NCBI RefSeq assembly: GCF_052425735.1 | Contig: NC_135762.1 | Coordinates: 15,252,001 to 15,316,000 of the forward strand | DNA: 64,000 bases | Origin: Oculina patagonica | Taxonomy: Eukaryota | Reading direction: 5' to 3' | Shown here: in pieces, positions 11,081-22,769 of the stretch | How the letters are laid out: every line of letters starts with the position of its first letter | Position numbering within the stretch: position 1 is the first letter of the stretch | Notes under the pieces: generated by a model | The model's database searches: none | Seen by the model: the letters and a program-made list of their open reading frames with translations, nothing else | What the model was told of the DNA's origin: nothing | Made by a program: the position numbers and the translations under genes

Positions 11081-12051
11081 TTTTAGAGCGACATCAACCT
11101 TGCCTACGTGCTACTCACTGGAGATCTTGCATAGTAACGAGCTTTGTTGTGTTGATTTTAAACGTGAACAGTAGCCTGGGTTCTAGAACCCCTTTCTTAC
11201 AGCGCTAAGATTGAGAGGGTATGGGGTAGGGTGGAAAAATGAGACAAAACATCTTTCCCCTCCAGTCCCGACTATACAGTGTAGAAAAAAGACTAATTCA
11301 GTTATAACTTATGCCAAAATCATCGTATTTTGATCTGTAATCAATGATTGGTGTCTTTCCACAAAGGCAGGCACCAGGGGTCTAATCAAAGACAGTGCGT
11401 AGCCTCAAATAACTCCAACAGATAACTGTCCGGCTATATTCAAGATCAGATGAATTTGTTTGGTTAGGGAACAATTGTCATTTGTGGCTAAGGGGGTGGG
11501 GGGGGGGGGCAGAGGGGGAGTCGGCGATATAATTTTACCAACACAGGCATAAACATGGTGTACCACACGATGGCCGAAATATGTTATATCCAGATAACAG
11601 GCCCCTCGTTCATGATCAGTTATGTGATACCAAAGCGTGACACGCTTTGCTGCACCCAGAAAAAAGCACCCCCTCCCCCTTCCAGCATAAAATAGGACAC
11701 TCCCTACTTCAGGACTTTTCCCCTCAGCTACTTCAGATTTGACACGTTAATAAAGTTATTATTATTATTGTTGCATTTTCCTGGTTGTTTCTCTGAACTA
11801 GACTTGGCCTCAGCAAGAAAAACAGATACGTAAGGCTGTTAAGACTTGTTTGGAGATTGGACAGTCAACACGTTCGAAACACGTCGTGTTAAGATATAAT
11901 AAATGCGTTAGTTCACTTCTTGTTGTTTATTATGCAGACCAAAATCTCCCCAATTTCATTACCGATTATTCTTCCTTATAGCAGTCGACCCAAAGTTTTG
12001 CAGTTGCTGTGATCACGAAATCTTGATCCATTGACTTCATTATTAAGCATG

Positions 12052-12254
12052 TCACCGTCGAAAGAAGCCAGAGCCAGTGTCTGATCCACTTGGGTTTGAT
12101 ATGATTTTCACTTTCGTTGTGTTTCTATAGGCTTCTCATCTGGTCATAACCTCCAGGTTTTTGGATTAAAGACCAATGCTTCTTGTCGACTACCGCCACT
12201 TTCAATAAAGTTAGTTACTGCACTCTGCCTCTGATGTGTTGGAACTGAACCCAT
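12052..12254 (-). pseudogene. P7: chimeric FF-tail pseudogene (P3-type 5' half, P8-type 3' half)
   Basis: Reads MGSVPTHQRQSAVTNFIESGGSRQEALVFNPKT, then a frameshift, then LEVMTR*EAYRNTTKVKIISNPSGSDTGSGFFRR*. Not in the ORF track. Confidence 0.8.
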
Positions 12255-12679
12255 GTTTCAATTCAGGACGTCATCAACCGAAGGCGAAGTACTGCGTAGT
12301 ACTGCGTTCTTTATGCATACTTCCTGTATGCACTGTTCGGATTGACACTACTTATTTGCTTAGACGGGGTCATTTACTGAGAAAATCAGGAAGTCCCCTT
12401 AAGGCGTCTAGAAATGGGAATATTACATATACTAACCATATTGCTACACGTCACTAATAGTTCAATAAAACACACTCCATGTAAAGTGTCTTAATAACCA
12501 TGTTTTGTGTTTTTTGTTCTTTGAAAGGTCTTGTACTTGTATAACACACACACACACAGCTTATCGCCTATTTGCTGAGATGAAAGTTAGATAATGTACA
12601 TTCAAAACAAAGTGGGGGTACTGGAAATTTGATTCGATTGTACTTTTGATACGTAAATCCCCGTGTTTCATCCCACACG

Positions 12680-12742
12680 TATAGAAAAGTTGGTGAAGAT
12701 TGTCTGACAAAGAACCCCCCCGCGTCGAAGTTTGTTTACTTC
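12680..12742 (-). pseudogene. 3' remnant of a P4-type gene
   Basis: Minus strand encodes ...VNK...GGFFVRQ. Downstream 12550-12680 matches the P4 3' flank (~6660-6810); the 5' part is missing. Confidence 0.6.
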
Positions 12743-12921
12743 CGGATTCCTTCCAGTATTAAAAACGTTAACATTTGTAAGTATTAATTATTAAGCTTAT
12801 GTTCACCCCTTATCAAAACTTTCTTTAATTTGTCGCGATTGATTTCCTTGTCCTTACGTTGTACACAGAATACATCAGGCAACAGATGCGGATTTCATTG
12901 AAACGGTAATATCATTTTTAA

Positions 12922-13935
12922 CCCTTTAACCGGCAGATTTCTGTGACTTTCTTAAGGGGTTTTTTGGGCTTATACATTCTGTAGAACTTCGTGATTGCAT
13001 ATAAGAAGTCCAAGTAAAAATGTGTGCTGTTTCGAAAAACCGAGGGCTCAGATTTTTATTGTGACGTCAGTAGTCGGCAGTTGCTTCGTTTGTAGGCGAG
13101 CTGTTGGGCTTGGATTTGGCTCGTTTTGTGTTTATAAGTGATTTTTCGAGTCATTTTTCACTGCAGAAGCCCCCAGGCTGGCATCATTAAGCTAGAGTGG
13201 TGGGTAGAGGCCAGCATCTGAAAGAAACCAGAGGTGAGAGATGATTTTGTCTTGATTGGAACGCCAGAAATATTCGAATCGAAAGATGGCGGTCCATGGG
13301 TAAAGTTGTCTCTCTGGCCGTTCTGTGTGTGGATTCCAAGACCTGCCAAGGCATTTTGGACGAGTTCTGACTTCCAAAGAATGCAATCGGTGCAACATTT
13401 TGCCGGCAGGATTGGGTGGCTCGACACTTATAAAAAATATATGGAATGAAGGTAGGAAGCCTTTCATGCCGCCGCCATGACTGTTTTTCCCAAGCATCCC
13501 TTTCGGTCAGCAACGAGGAAATTACAGGTTTGCAAGCATAGCTCTAATCGAATAGTAATTGCTGAGTCTTCTGAATGATTGATGGGAAATTTCCTTGGTG
13601 AACGGAAGGGAATAGGGTTGAAGTTTGCTGCAAATGTATATTTTTGAAGTCAGAATTATTTTTTCATTAAAAAAATGGAGGCAAAGATGTGTGTTTTTTG
13701 TTGTTGTCCTGTTACGTAGAAAACGGGCATTTTCAAATTTGCTGCTGAACAAACAACCATATGCAACAGAAATCAAGAGTTGTAGTCAGTTAGTTGGCTT
13801 TTAAAGCTATGAAAATTATCACTTTGCCATAAAAAGCAGTCATTAATATCATGTGCCCAGATATGTAAAAGCTAGAGTGTTTTCAATCACTGCTGGTGTT
13901 TTTCGTACACATATGTACGATTGCCGGTTAAAGGG
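12922..13935. mobile_element. Non-autonomous piggyBac-like element
   Basis: 14-bp TIR CCCTTTAACCGGCA/TGCCGGTTAAAGGG, flanked by TTAA at 12918-12921 and 13936-13939. Confidence 0.8.
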
Positions 13936-13951
13936 TTAAATGATAACTTAA

Positions 13952-14484
13952 GGTATCACGGAAGGAAAATTGGCGTTTTTGTTCCAAGTGAAATTGTGTG
14001 CAAACCATCAACGGTAACCCCAATAAAGTATATATTTTCTGAAAGCTTATTGAATAAAGATTGCAATTTTGGATTTTGATTTGATCATATAGACCATAAT
14101 AAGCAACGTCAGCATTTTGTTTGCAATTATGAAATGGCGTATTTAGGGCTTCTTTAAGTTTAAAAATTCGTAAAAAATTAATGGAGCAAGAAAAGAAAAA
14201 TCTGAGACACCGTTTTTTAGACCAATATATATAGATCAAATAGCACATAAAAGTTTAGGCTCTCACGTAAATGTGTTCTCAAATAAACCTAAAGTTACGC
14301 AACATCATAATTGCAAACAAAATGCTGACGTTGCATATTATGGTCTATATGATGCAAACAAAATCCACAATTAGAATCTTTATTCATTAAGCTTTCAGAA
14401 AATATGTACTTTATCGGGGTTACCACTGATGGTTTGCACACAATTTGACTTCAACGAAAACGCCAATTTTCCTTCCGTGATACC
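13952..14484. mobile_element. TTAA-specific MITE with long TIRs (Kolobok-like ends)
   Basis: GGTATCACGGAAGGAAAATTGGCGTTTT... matches ...AAAACGCCAATTTTCCTTCCGTGATACC as an imperfect inverted repeat of >150 bp. TTAA on both sides. Confidence 0.75.
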
Positions 14485-14686
14485 TTAAAAGTGATTAAAT
14501 TAACTTAAAAGTTTATTCGCCATTTCGTGTATTAAACACGCCCGACTTTAACACTGTGATCTAATATACACCATAGAAAACAAATAATGTGCATTTGATT
14601 TTAATTATGCCAATCACAAAACCTTTAAAACAGAACGTAAAATTTCTTTCCATACCCGGCATACCATGACATACGTAAAAATAACT

Positions 14687-15364
14687 TTACATCAGTACGC
14701 AACAAGAGCTTCTGTTAGGGTGATAAACCATTAAGGGTCGCTCGATCTCTCTAGTGTCTTTCCGAGTTGATTTTTGAAGTATTTCTTGTAGAGAAGCTAT
14801 ATCTCCATTCGTGTTAATACACTCTGCTCCATCTTCAAAAATCTTAAGACATTTTGAACGAAAAGGACTTTCATTCGACAGGAGGTTAAATCTTCCTTGT
14901 ACCATCTCGCGCTTTGTTCCAGTCTCTTCAAACAGAAAGCATCCAACACTTACGGCGACTTCTCCATAGTCATCCGTTTCAATGTTGGCAATAAACAAGA
15001 GAAAGCGACTCAAGCCATATTTTGGCATGTTTGTCCACACTGTTCGTTGATCCCCGCCACTTGGTTGTCTAAGACCGATTCTGTGGTGGGAATGCCACTC
15101 GCCAATGTGGCAAACGCCTTCCTTGCCAGTCAAAATGGAGCCAACTTTCTCTAAGTACTCCACGTCTTGGTAAAAAGAGTGGGTAGTCCTTTTACAATTT
15201 TTACCAGGACCCAATACAAGTTGTATTACTGCACTATGATCGTCGGACCACAGACCGAACAAATCTCCGCCGGTCTCCAGGCTTTGGTTCTTTATAACAC
15301 AGGCGCACATTTGCTTGTACTCACTGGCATAGATAGCGACTGTAAATTCTCTATCTGTGGACAT
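14687..15364 (-). CDS. JAB/MPN+ (JAMM) metalloprotease 1, prokaryotic-JAB-like, C-terminal CaaX (CVLM)
   Basis: ETGGDLFG (catalytic Glu) and HIGEWHSHHRIGLRQPSGGD (HxH-x7-S-x2-D JAMM motif). Intronless; ends SSCCVLM*. Confidence 0.9.
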   Translation of the reverse strand: MSTDREFTVAIYASEYKQMCACVIKNQSLETGGDLFGLWSDDHSAVIQLVLGPGKNCKRTTHSFYQDVEYLEKVGSILTGKEGVCHIGEWHSHHRIGLRQPSGGDQRTVWTNMPKYGLSRFLLFIANIETDDYGEVAVSVGCFLFEETGTKREMVQGRFNLLSNESPFRSKCLKIFEDGAECINTNGDIASLQEILQKSTRKDTREIERPLMVYHPNRSSCCVLM

Positions 15365-15746
15365 GAGGAGATAATAAGAAGACCCATTTTTTTACGTCAG
15401 ATAAATTAAAGAGGAAAGTCTTGTTTCATTTTTGCAACTGAGAACCAATTTTAAAAAGGGGTTTGCGGAAATTGCTCATGGAACGTGTACGTAAACAAAG
15501 AAAATCTTTTTGGCAATTTGCATCTCATTTGGTGTTAACTTGGCGTGACAAGCCTGGTTTCTCAAAACAGTCATTAAATGAAAGAATGTCAAACACAAAT
15601 CCATGTCAAGCTTCCTTATAGCCAATCCTCCAAAGCATGGAAAGATAAATAGCTCGCAACAAAGGTAACAGAAAATATATATAGGTTTCAAACAAAAAAA
15701 AAAGGTTTATTTTTCATGAGTCAGTGATGTAAATAAGACACTAAAA

Positions 15747-15773
15747 GGTCATTTTCTGAGAAATTTAGGAAGT
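15747..15773. promoter_or_regulatory. Shared GGTCATTTTCTGAGAAA (GAS) plus AGGAAG (ETS-like) module
   Basis: The same 17-mer occurs at ~6410, ~8389 and 16721, with a one-mismatch copy at ~12368. It lies upstream of JAB1 and of P3, P5 and P7. Confidence 0.55.
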
Positions 15774-17001
15774 CTTTTCTGGTCAGTCAAACACGACAAC
15801 CAGAAAAAAACAACAGGACAACAACAGAGTATCGACTCAGTTTTGACATTTAATGTTATTAAAGTTTTAGACTAGTTCAGTATTATTCTTCTCTGAGTTA
15901 CATAGCTTCGAATACATATCTTAATGTCCAATGAACTTGGTAAATATAGATTACAGAGTACTAAACGCTGTGATTTATGTCCTAAAACTAATACTGTATT
16001 TATTCGAAGTTTAAATAAGTGCATAAATATATAGTATTGTTTCCAGAGTTATCGAAACACTGGGAGTAGTTTAATTTGGGAGATCTACTACTCGAATAAG
16101 CTGGGAACTCGAACCATAGCCGAACGATATAGTTTGCTTGTTTGCCTTTTTAATCACTGCGCTTTTCCTGCTTCTCAACATGCACATTTACTAGTCAGTA
16201 ACATCATAATTCGTTTAAAACTCGAAAAAAGATTGTATAATAATTTCTAAAGTAAAAGGCTTGGATCGATATATAAAGTTCGCATACAGTTGCGATCTCT
16301 GTAAAAATATTTACACGTACATAGATTTTGTCCATTTTGACAAGGTCCCTCAGTAAAGATCATATCAGATTCTTATGAGACACGCTTAAGTGAATAAAAG
16401 CTAAGTTAAAAAATTAACCTACGATCGCTTCAAGAGAATTTTTGTTAGTTGTCACTCTATCTCCTCTCCTCTCTTAATATGTTGCACCGGCTTTACATTC
16501 ACTTTTGTGAATCCTTATAGTTCCTTGAGTACATCGCTATTAAAACGAGTAGAGGAGAAGAAAAGATCATTAATTGTTAGCTTTTTCAAAACCTCTTTAT
16601 CCTGATAGTACACCCTAATTTTGGATTTTTAGCACATATTTCTATCAGGTTTCCAAGACGTTTCCGCCGAATAAGTTCAACAATTTGCATAACAGGATTT
16701 AAGTCAACCCCCTAAAAGGAGGTCATTTTCTGAGAAAACTAAAAAGTCGCTAAACAATGCATGCATTGGCAACGGTGTGATAGCCTCAAATTTGTTTCAG
16801 TGCATTCTACACGAATTTATTTTTGCTATAAATATTCTTTACTTCTTTTGTTTTCGTTTTCATCGTTTTGCCATCTAACGGTTTGGCAACTCTGCTCTGT
16901 CAGCTAGATGTATCTGTAGGTCGACAGTCGCTCATTCAAGCTCTGTTCCTGTACAAGTCGATTATATATTTGTAAGATTGATTGGCTAAAACTACGATTC
17001 T

Positions 17002-17808
17002 TTAAAGTATTTCACAAACGGGGCAGCGCTTTCTTATTTCATAAACAATTCGAAACAGCCTACCCCCTTCATTTTCACTCGTAGCCCCTTGCTCCGGGTC
17101 GTGTTTGCGACGCTTCTTCGGTTTAATATCCACCACAGCTTCTTCTTTATGTTTGGGTGGCCTCCTCCGATTATCACTCATCACAGGTCGCTCGCTCAGC
17201 ATAGACGTCCCTGTTGTTACTTCCAAAGACTTCACGTCTTCATCCCTGTTCAGACACTCTGCTCCTTTTTGTAAAACGCTCAGGCATTTTGGACGGAAGG
17301 GGCTTTCATTCGGCAAGAGGTGGAACTTTCCTTGCAACACTTGTAACTTCTGGTTGGTTCCCTTTACAAATTCAAACAGAAAGCATCCAACGCTAACAGC
17401 TTCGCATCCATAACTTTGTGTCTCAATGTTGGCAATAAACAAAAGAAAACGGCTTAAGCCATATTTAGGCATGTTTGTCCACACTGTTCGTTCATCTCCG
17501 CCACTTGGTCGCTTAAGACCGATTCTGTGGTGGGAATGCCACTCGCCTATATGGCAAACACCTTCCTTGCCTGTCAAATTGGAGCCAGCTTTCTCTAGGT
17601 ACTCCACGTCTTGGTAGAACGAGTGGGTTGCTCGCTGACAGTTTTTACCAGGACCCAATACAAGCTGAATTACTGCCCTACGATCGTCAGACCACAAACC
17701 GAACAAATCTCCGCCGGTTTCCAGGCTTTGGTTCTTCAAGACCCAGGCACATATTTCTTTGTATTCGTTGGCATAAATAGCCACTGTAAATTCCCTTTTT
17801 GTCGACAT
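17002..17808 (-). CDS. JAB/MPN+ (JAMM) metalloprotease 2, C-terminal polybasic region and CaaX (CEIL)
   Basis: Close paralog of JAB1 with ETGGDLFG and GEWHSHHRIGLKRPSGGD. Tail includes KPKKRRK and ends RKRCPVCEIL*. Confidence 0.9.
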   Translation of the reverse strand: MSTKREFTVAIYANEYKEICAWVLKNQSLETGGDLFGLWSDDRRAVIQLVLGPGKNCQRATHSFYQDVEYLEKAGSNLTGKEGVCHIGEWHSHHRIGLKRPSGGDERTVWTNMPKYGLSRFLLFIANIETQSYGCEAVSVGCFLFEFVKGTNQKLQVLQGKFHLLPNESPFRPKCLSVLQKGAECLNRDEDVKSLEVTTGTSMLSERPVMSDNRRRPPKHKEEAVVDIKPKKRRKHDPEQGATSENEGGRLFRIVYEIRKRCPVCEIL

Positions 17809-17880
17809 AGATCCGCTAAGACTTTCAAAGGTTTTTCTAAAAATTCTGACTTTGAACTTATGTTGATACTATCATGTCAA

Positions 17881-17987
17881 TTTCAATTTCGTAGGAAATT
17901 GAAAACACATGCATCGGAAGCTTTTGACCGTCTATAACTTTTCATGTTTTGGCCTGGTGTGATGCTGAGATATGCGATTTCTTGGAA
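17881..17987. promoter_or_regulatory. ISRE-like and GAS sites upstream of JAB2
   Basis: TTTCAATTTC 17881-17890, GGAAATTGAAA 17894-17904, TTCTTGGAA 17979-17987. Confidence 0.5.
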
Positions 17988-19181
17988 ATCGGACAATCTA
18001 ATCATGTCAAAACACCACAGCCGGATGAGTACTTGAATTTGCATAGTAATCATCCATTGAATTACACATGCAGCGCAACGTCAAAATTCTACCGCCTAAT
18101 ATACATATTCTTTAATGTCACACATTAAATAATGTCATTGCTATAAATTTCGAAATGGAGCCAATTTACTCATTGAAGTGTTGATAGCATAGCCATAACT
18201 GAACCAACTAGAGGCTGATAGATTAACGTTGTATTTATTTCTCGCTTTGTTATTTCGCTTTGTTTTGCAGAAATTCTTAGAAATGTTTTGGTTGATCATC
18301 ACACTCGATCAACGGGACTTGACCTCTAGGTTTCGTGGAATTCTGAGAAAAACAGGATGTTGTTATGCAAATGACATTCTTCCATGTCAATCAAGGCCTC
18401 GGCTGTGGAGTGAAAGCTGTATCCGAACCTTGTACCGTGTATTTCGTCCCTAGATGAAAATTTTATTTTTCTTCCAGTTTCGTCCCGGAAGTGGTTACTG
18501 AACAAAAAAAGGAAATAAACATACGGGAGGTCGCGAAGGGAGTAGATGGGGAAGCGTGGGGAGAGGAGGGGAGGGCAGGGGAGGGGAGGGGAGGGGAGAA
18601 GTGTAATGGGTTAAATTCTTCTGAAATTTACTTCCGGGTATCAAAAATTAGCAAGTTTAGTATTACTTATTCCCCTCTGAACAGATGACGTTTTTTTTTA
18701 TATTACTCGCAAAGGTGACAGATGTACAGGCGTATATCCCTCTTTCATTTTACTTAACTTATATAATGTTGCTAAGGACCAATTGCCTTAGCCGGGAAAA
18801 CTTGCCAACGTAAAAATATACAAATATATACAAATAACACAGAAATTGCTACTTCATGTAAGCAACGAATCAGCAAACTGTAACCTAGTTGTTTTTTTCA
18901 TTCCCTGCAATCTACAGTTAAAACTTTAATTCATCCACGCAGTTTTGCGATTAACTGGCACCTATAATAAGGCATGTAAGGCTGTTTAGTCTTGTTTGGA
19001 GATTGAACAGTCAAAACATTTGAAACCCGCTGTGTAAATATAAAAAATTGCTTTAGTTAACTTGTTGTTGTTTATTCTGCCGACAAAATACCGATGACTC
19101 CTTCCATAGAGCAGTCGACCCAAAATTTAGTAGTTACGGTGATAAAAAAATCTTGATCCATTGACTTCATTATTAAGCATG

Positions 19182-19727
19182 TCACCGTCGAAAGAAGCTA
19201 GAGCTGTCTGATCCACTTGGGTTCGTTATAATTTTTACCTTCGTCGTGTTTCTATAGGCTTCTCGTCTGGTCATTACCTCCATTTTTCCTGTTGAAAGGA
19301 CCATAACTAAGACAAAGCCTGGATATCGCTCAGGATCTTTCGAGAACTCGCTCACTGACGGTTGACGGTAACTATGGGACGCAACGTTTCGAGTGGGGCC
19401 GTCGTTTAACTTTCGAGAAGAGTCTACGTTGTAGCTTCTAGGAGATGCTGTATTCAAGTCTCGAGGAGGGACAGTGTTAAAGTTTAGATCGGGAACGGCA
19501 TTTAAGTTTCCATTTGGGACTGAGGTGAAGTTTCCAGGAGGCATGGGGAAAAGGTTTCCGTGTGGAGGAGCGTAAAGGTTCCCTGGCCATGGAGGAAAGG
19601 CGGCTAAGTTTGCAGGATGGACAGGATTGAAGCCTCCAGATGGTACAATGATGAAGTTTCCATAAGGGTCGAACATAAAGTTTCCATAAGGTGTAGCGAT
19701 TATGGGTCCAGAAGGGACAGTCCCCAT
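19182..19727 (-). CDS. FF-tail family protein P8 (181 aa) with N-terminal Pro/Gly/Asn octapeptide repeats
   Basis: MGTVPS start, about 12 degenerate PxGN[FL]xxx repeats, then FVLVMVLSTGKMEVMTRREA...KIITNPSGSDSSSFFRR*. Confidence 0.75.
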   Translation of the reverse strand: MGTVPSGPIIATPYGNFMFDPYGNFIIVPSGGFNPVHPANLAAFPPWPGNLYAPPHGNLFPMPPGNFTSVPNGNLNAVPDLNFNTVPPRDLNTASPRSYNVDSSRKLNDGPTRNVASHSYRQPSVSEFSKDPERYPGFVLVMVLSTGKMEVMTRREAYRNTTKVKIITNPSGSDSSSFFRR

Positions 19728-20441
19728 TTTGTGCTCACAAAATATATCGCAACTTATTCAACTGGCTCAACGTTTCAAAAGTGACTGTGATACAAAATAA
19801 TATAAATTGCTTAGTGTGACTACTTACTGAAACAAGGTGAATGACAACAGTTTTTCTTACTGGTCAGCGGTAAATGAGAGTCTCAAATCCATGAAATGTC
19901 ACACGCGAAAGTTATATGTTTTTGATGTTTGGTTCCGGTTGCTGGTTCCGGTAGTACATAAAAACATTTTCAGTGAACTCGAGCATAATTTATGATGGCG
20001 GCAAATGGCCAGAGCTTCTATAACTAATCGTCCAGAACTATTGTCATATTTTCAGGATGAAGCGATCAAATTACATTACATAACAAAACAAAAATACGTT
20101 TGCCATAGCTACTGTAAAACAGTTGTGACTGACAGTGATTAAAAAAAGAGCCGCAGAGTGACAGGCCAATTTTCTACCAAAACAACAACAAAAACAACAA
20201 CAACAACAAAAATAGAAGAAAACCAACAACAACAGAAAGAACGACAGCAACAACAGGCTGGACACCGTGCAGAGAGACAACCAAATGTCGTGTACAAAAT
20301 TTTATTATTCTCAAATAATCATAACAACTTGCACGTAATTCAAAGTTATAAAATGTTGAAACTAAGCATTGTGAGTAGAGCTTGATACCTGGGCTAAAGC
20401 TATAGCAAATTGAGACGTAAACTTTACACCATAGTAATAGA

Positions 20442-21714
20442 TCACACATTTTGAATAGTATGGCGATTAATGTTTATGTTCACGTTTGAGAAAATCCTTC
20501 CGCATGACTCATAAATGGGATCATAAAAGCACTTCACAAAAAATAGCCAGACTTTCCCCATCAGCCCTAATGGAATCAACCAGAGACGGACGAAAGGTGT
20601 AAACACCCAAATCATTAAGAAGCTCATTATCCCACATGTCAGACCATAAAGAAAGGACAGGAGGCCGCCAAATACAATCGTCAGAATCGAGTATGTCCCC
20701 AGGACAGTGCCATCGTAGATGGTTTTAGTGAAGTGGTGAGAACATTGTGGACTGTGGACTGCTGATGGTTCGCAGATTACATCTGAGTAGGCGACCTAAA
20801 AGAAGAAAAATCAAATTGATGGAAATAAACAAAGAGAAATGGGTTTCATAAACCTTATGATGTTATATCATCATCATCATCATCATCATCATCATTTTTT
20901 CTACGAAAAGTTTATGTAATTAGGTGTTATGTGTCAGTTTCTTGTCATTATGTTAGCTTTACAATAGATGATCTAAGAGCTTAACGTCACGGAACTTTCA
21001 TTACATGTTTATATTGATGAATTTTATACAAGCGATCCTTTGGTATATGCCTGTACTTGTAAGTGCGATTCTCGATAAGGGTAATGGATGAATCGATTGA
21101 CTAAACTCATTAAACATATTTAATTTGATTATATTAAAGTAGGTATTTGTTGTTTCATTTTTGTTACGCCACACTTCATTTTTGGTGGATTATGTTAATT
21201 TGACGTTCCCAGGTTTTGTCTTGAATAAATTAATTTGAGCTAATTTGCTTTAAAGCGAGAAAATATCCCTTTTCTGCGCCCTACTACCAAACCGAAACCA
21301 CCACTGGCGTATTTATAGGTCAACTAATTTTTGTGTAAAGAGTGACTATTTATATTCAGCAATGTCAGTGGTGATGTGTACGACATCGTAACAAATCACA
21401 GGACAAAACTGTCAAAGCGACGTATGTTCGCTGTCAAGGTACATGAGTAAATATTAGTGTACTGCAAAAAAAGATATAATTTTACCGAATTAACGTATAG
21501 TTACCATCGGAGAACTGTTCGGGCACTTATCAACAAGAATCAACAAGAGATAGTAGCATAAATTGTAACTATAACGCAGACGAAGCATCATACGGTGCAC
21601 TGACTATATTCTGAATACACTGAATATATCGTTCATCGTTTGTACCTTCAGAAAAGCGTTATGATTTTGTGGATCCCTGTCCTCGAAATCCGTTAGTATC
21701 GGCTGCCTGTCCAT
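20442..21714 (-). CDS. Caveolin family protein A (2 exons: 21714-21646 and 20795-20442; 140 aa)
   Basis: Spliced product MDRQPILTDFEDRDPQNHNAFLK|VAYSDVICEPSAVHS... matches the caveolin RDP..N...K..FEDVIAEP signature. Long hydrophobic hairpin and C-terminal DPxYESCGRIFSNV. GT/AG phase-0 intron. Confidence 0.88.
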
Positions 21715-21936
21715 TCTTCTCACTTGGGCACAAAAATGCTACTTGGTAGTTAAAGCAGTACTGCAAATAGCCCAACAGACGGTCACGAGCTGTCAAATTG
21801 TCCACTTCGAACCGGAAATAATTCTGCATATATCTTTATGTAACGCTTCACGTGTAACGCCACCGACTAAGAGCTTCCACGAAACTCGTTTGTTATAGCC
21901 CCCTCGAGCGGGTTCTCGAGCGGGTGGGGAAAGGTA

Positions 21937-22111
21937 ATAGGCCATTTCCGAGTTACCATTTGCCTCTGCTTCAAAACGAGTCTGCGTGCGAAACCATTCA
22001 AATGAGTTTGTTTTGCATGAAAATGGACCTGTAGGTAAAACTCATATGAACGGTTTCGCACGTAGACTCGCTTTGAAACAGAGGGAAAGGGTAACTCGGA
22101 AATGGCCTATT
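21937..22111. mobile_element. Short palindromic MITE (second copy at ~55708-55894)
   Basis: AATAGGCCATTTCCGAGTTACC...GGTAACTCGGAAATGGCCTATT inverted ends; a related copy occurs later in the window. Confidence 0.7.
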
Positions 22112-22581
22112 GTGTATATCAAAATGCCTGTACATTTTCCGCGACTCTTCTCCTGATTAAACTAAGCCCCCCCCCCCCCCCCACCCCTCCCGCCGAAAAG
22201 TTTCAGTACGCCAATTCTCGATATATTCAAATTCTAACTTGGATTTACTCATCCCTGAATCTCGATGAGATATCTTTTGTTTTTTTTTCCTTCACGCCTC
22301 AGAGGCAAGCCAGAGTTTTAACGTATTGGAAGAAAGAGGGTCCATACGGGGTCGTAATGGACTTCCATATGGGTCCTTGATGGAATCCGTTGTTACTATC
22401 ATGCCATTCAATGATAAAATTTTTGTGTTCGTATGCCGCAAAATGAGGAACAGAACAATTATATGTGATGGAAACCAACAATGGTAACTATTCTTATTCA
22501 ATAAGGTGTAAGGATGATTGGAGCAGAAAACACGATAGAATGATAGAAACATGATAGTACAATATTGTGTTTATTATCATT

Positions 22582-22614
22582 TTTCAGTTTCCAAGAAATC
22601 AGTATTTCGTAGAA
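22582..22614. promoter_or_regulatory. Overlapping ISRE and GAS sites upstream of the E2-like gene
   Basis: TTTCAGTTTCC 22582-22592 overlaps TTCCAAGAA 22589-22597; TTCGTAGAA at 22606-22614. Confidence 0.55.
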
Positions 22615-22769
22615 ATAATTATAAATGCATAATGTAAGCCACGGATTGGCGAGCTTGTTATTGGTTGCTTTTATTTGCACAGTGTGGTAAAACGGAAGCA
22701 CTTCCGCAATTCTTCGAGTTTGTGTCAAAGCGAAAGCATCGACAGTAAAGACATTAACTGACCGTAAGA

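Noticed and set aside
20071-20449. Gln/Thr/Cys-rich ORFs
   Set aside because: Products of a (CAA)n low-complexity tract in the caveolin A 3' region.
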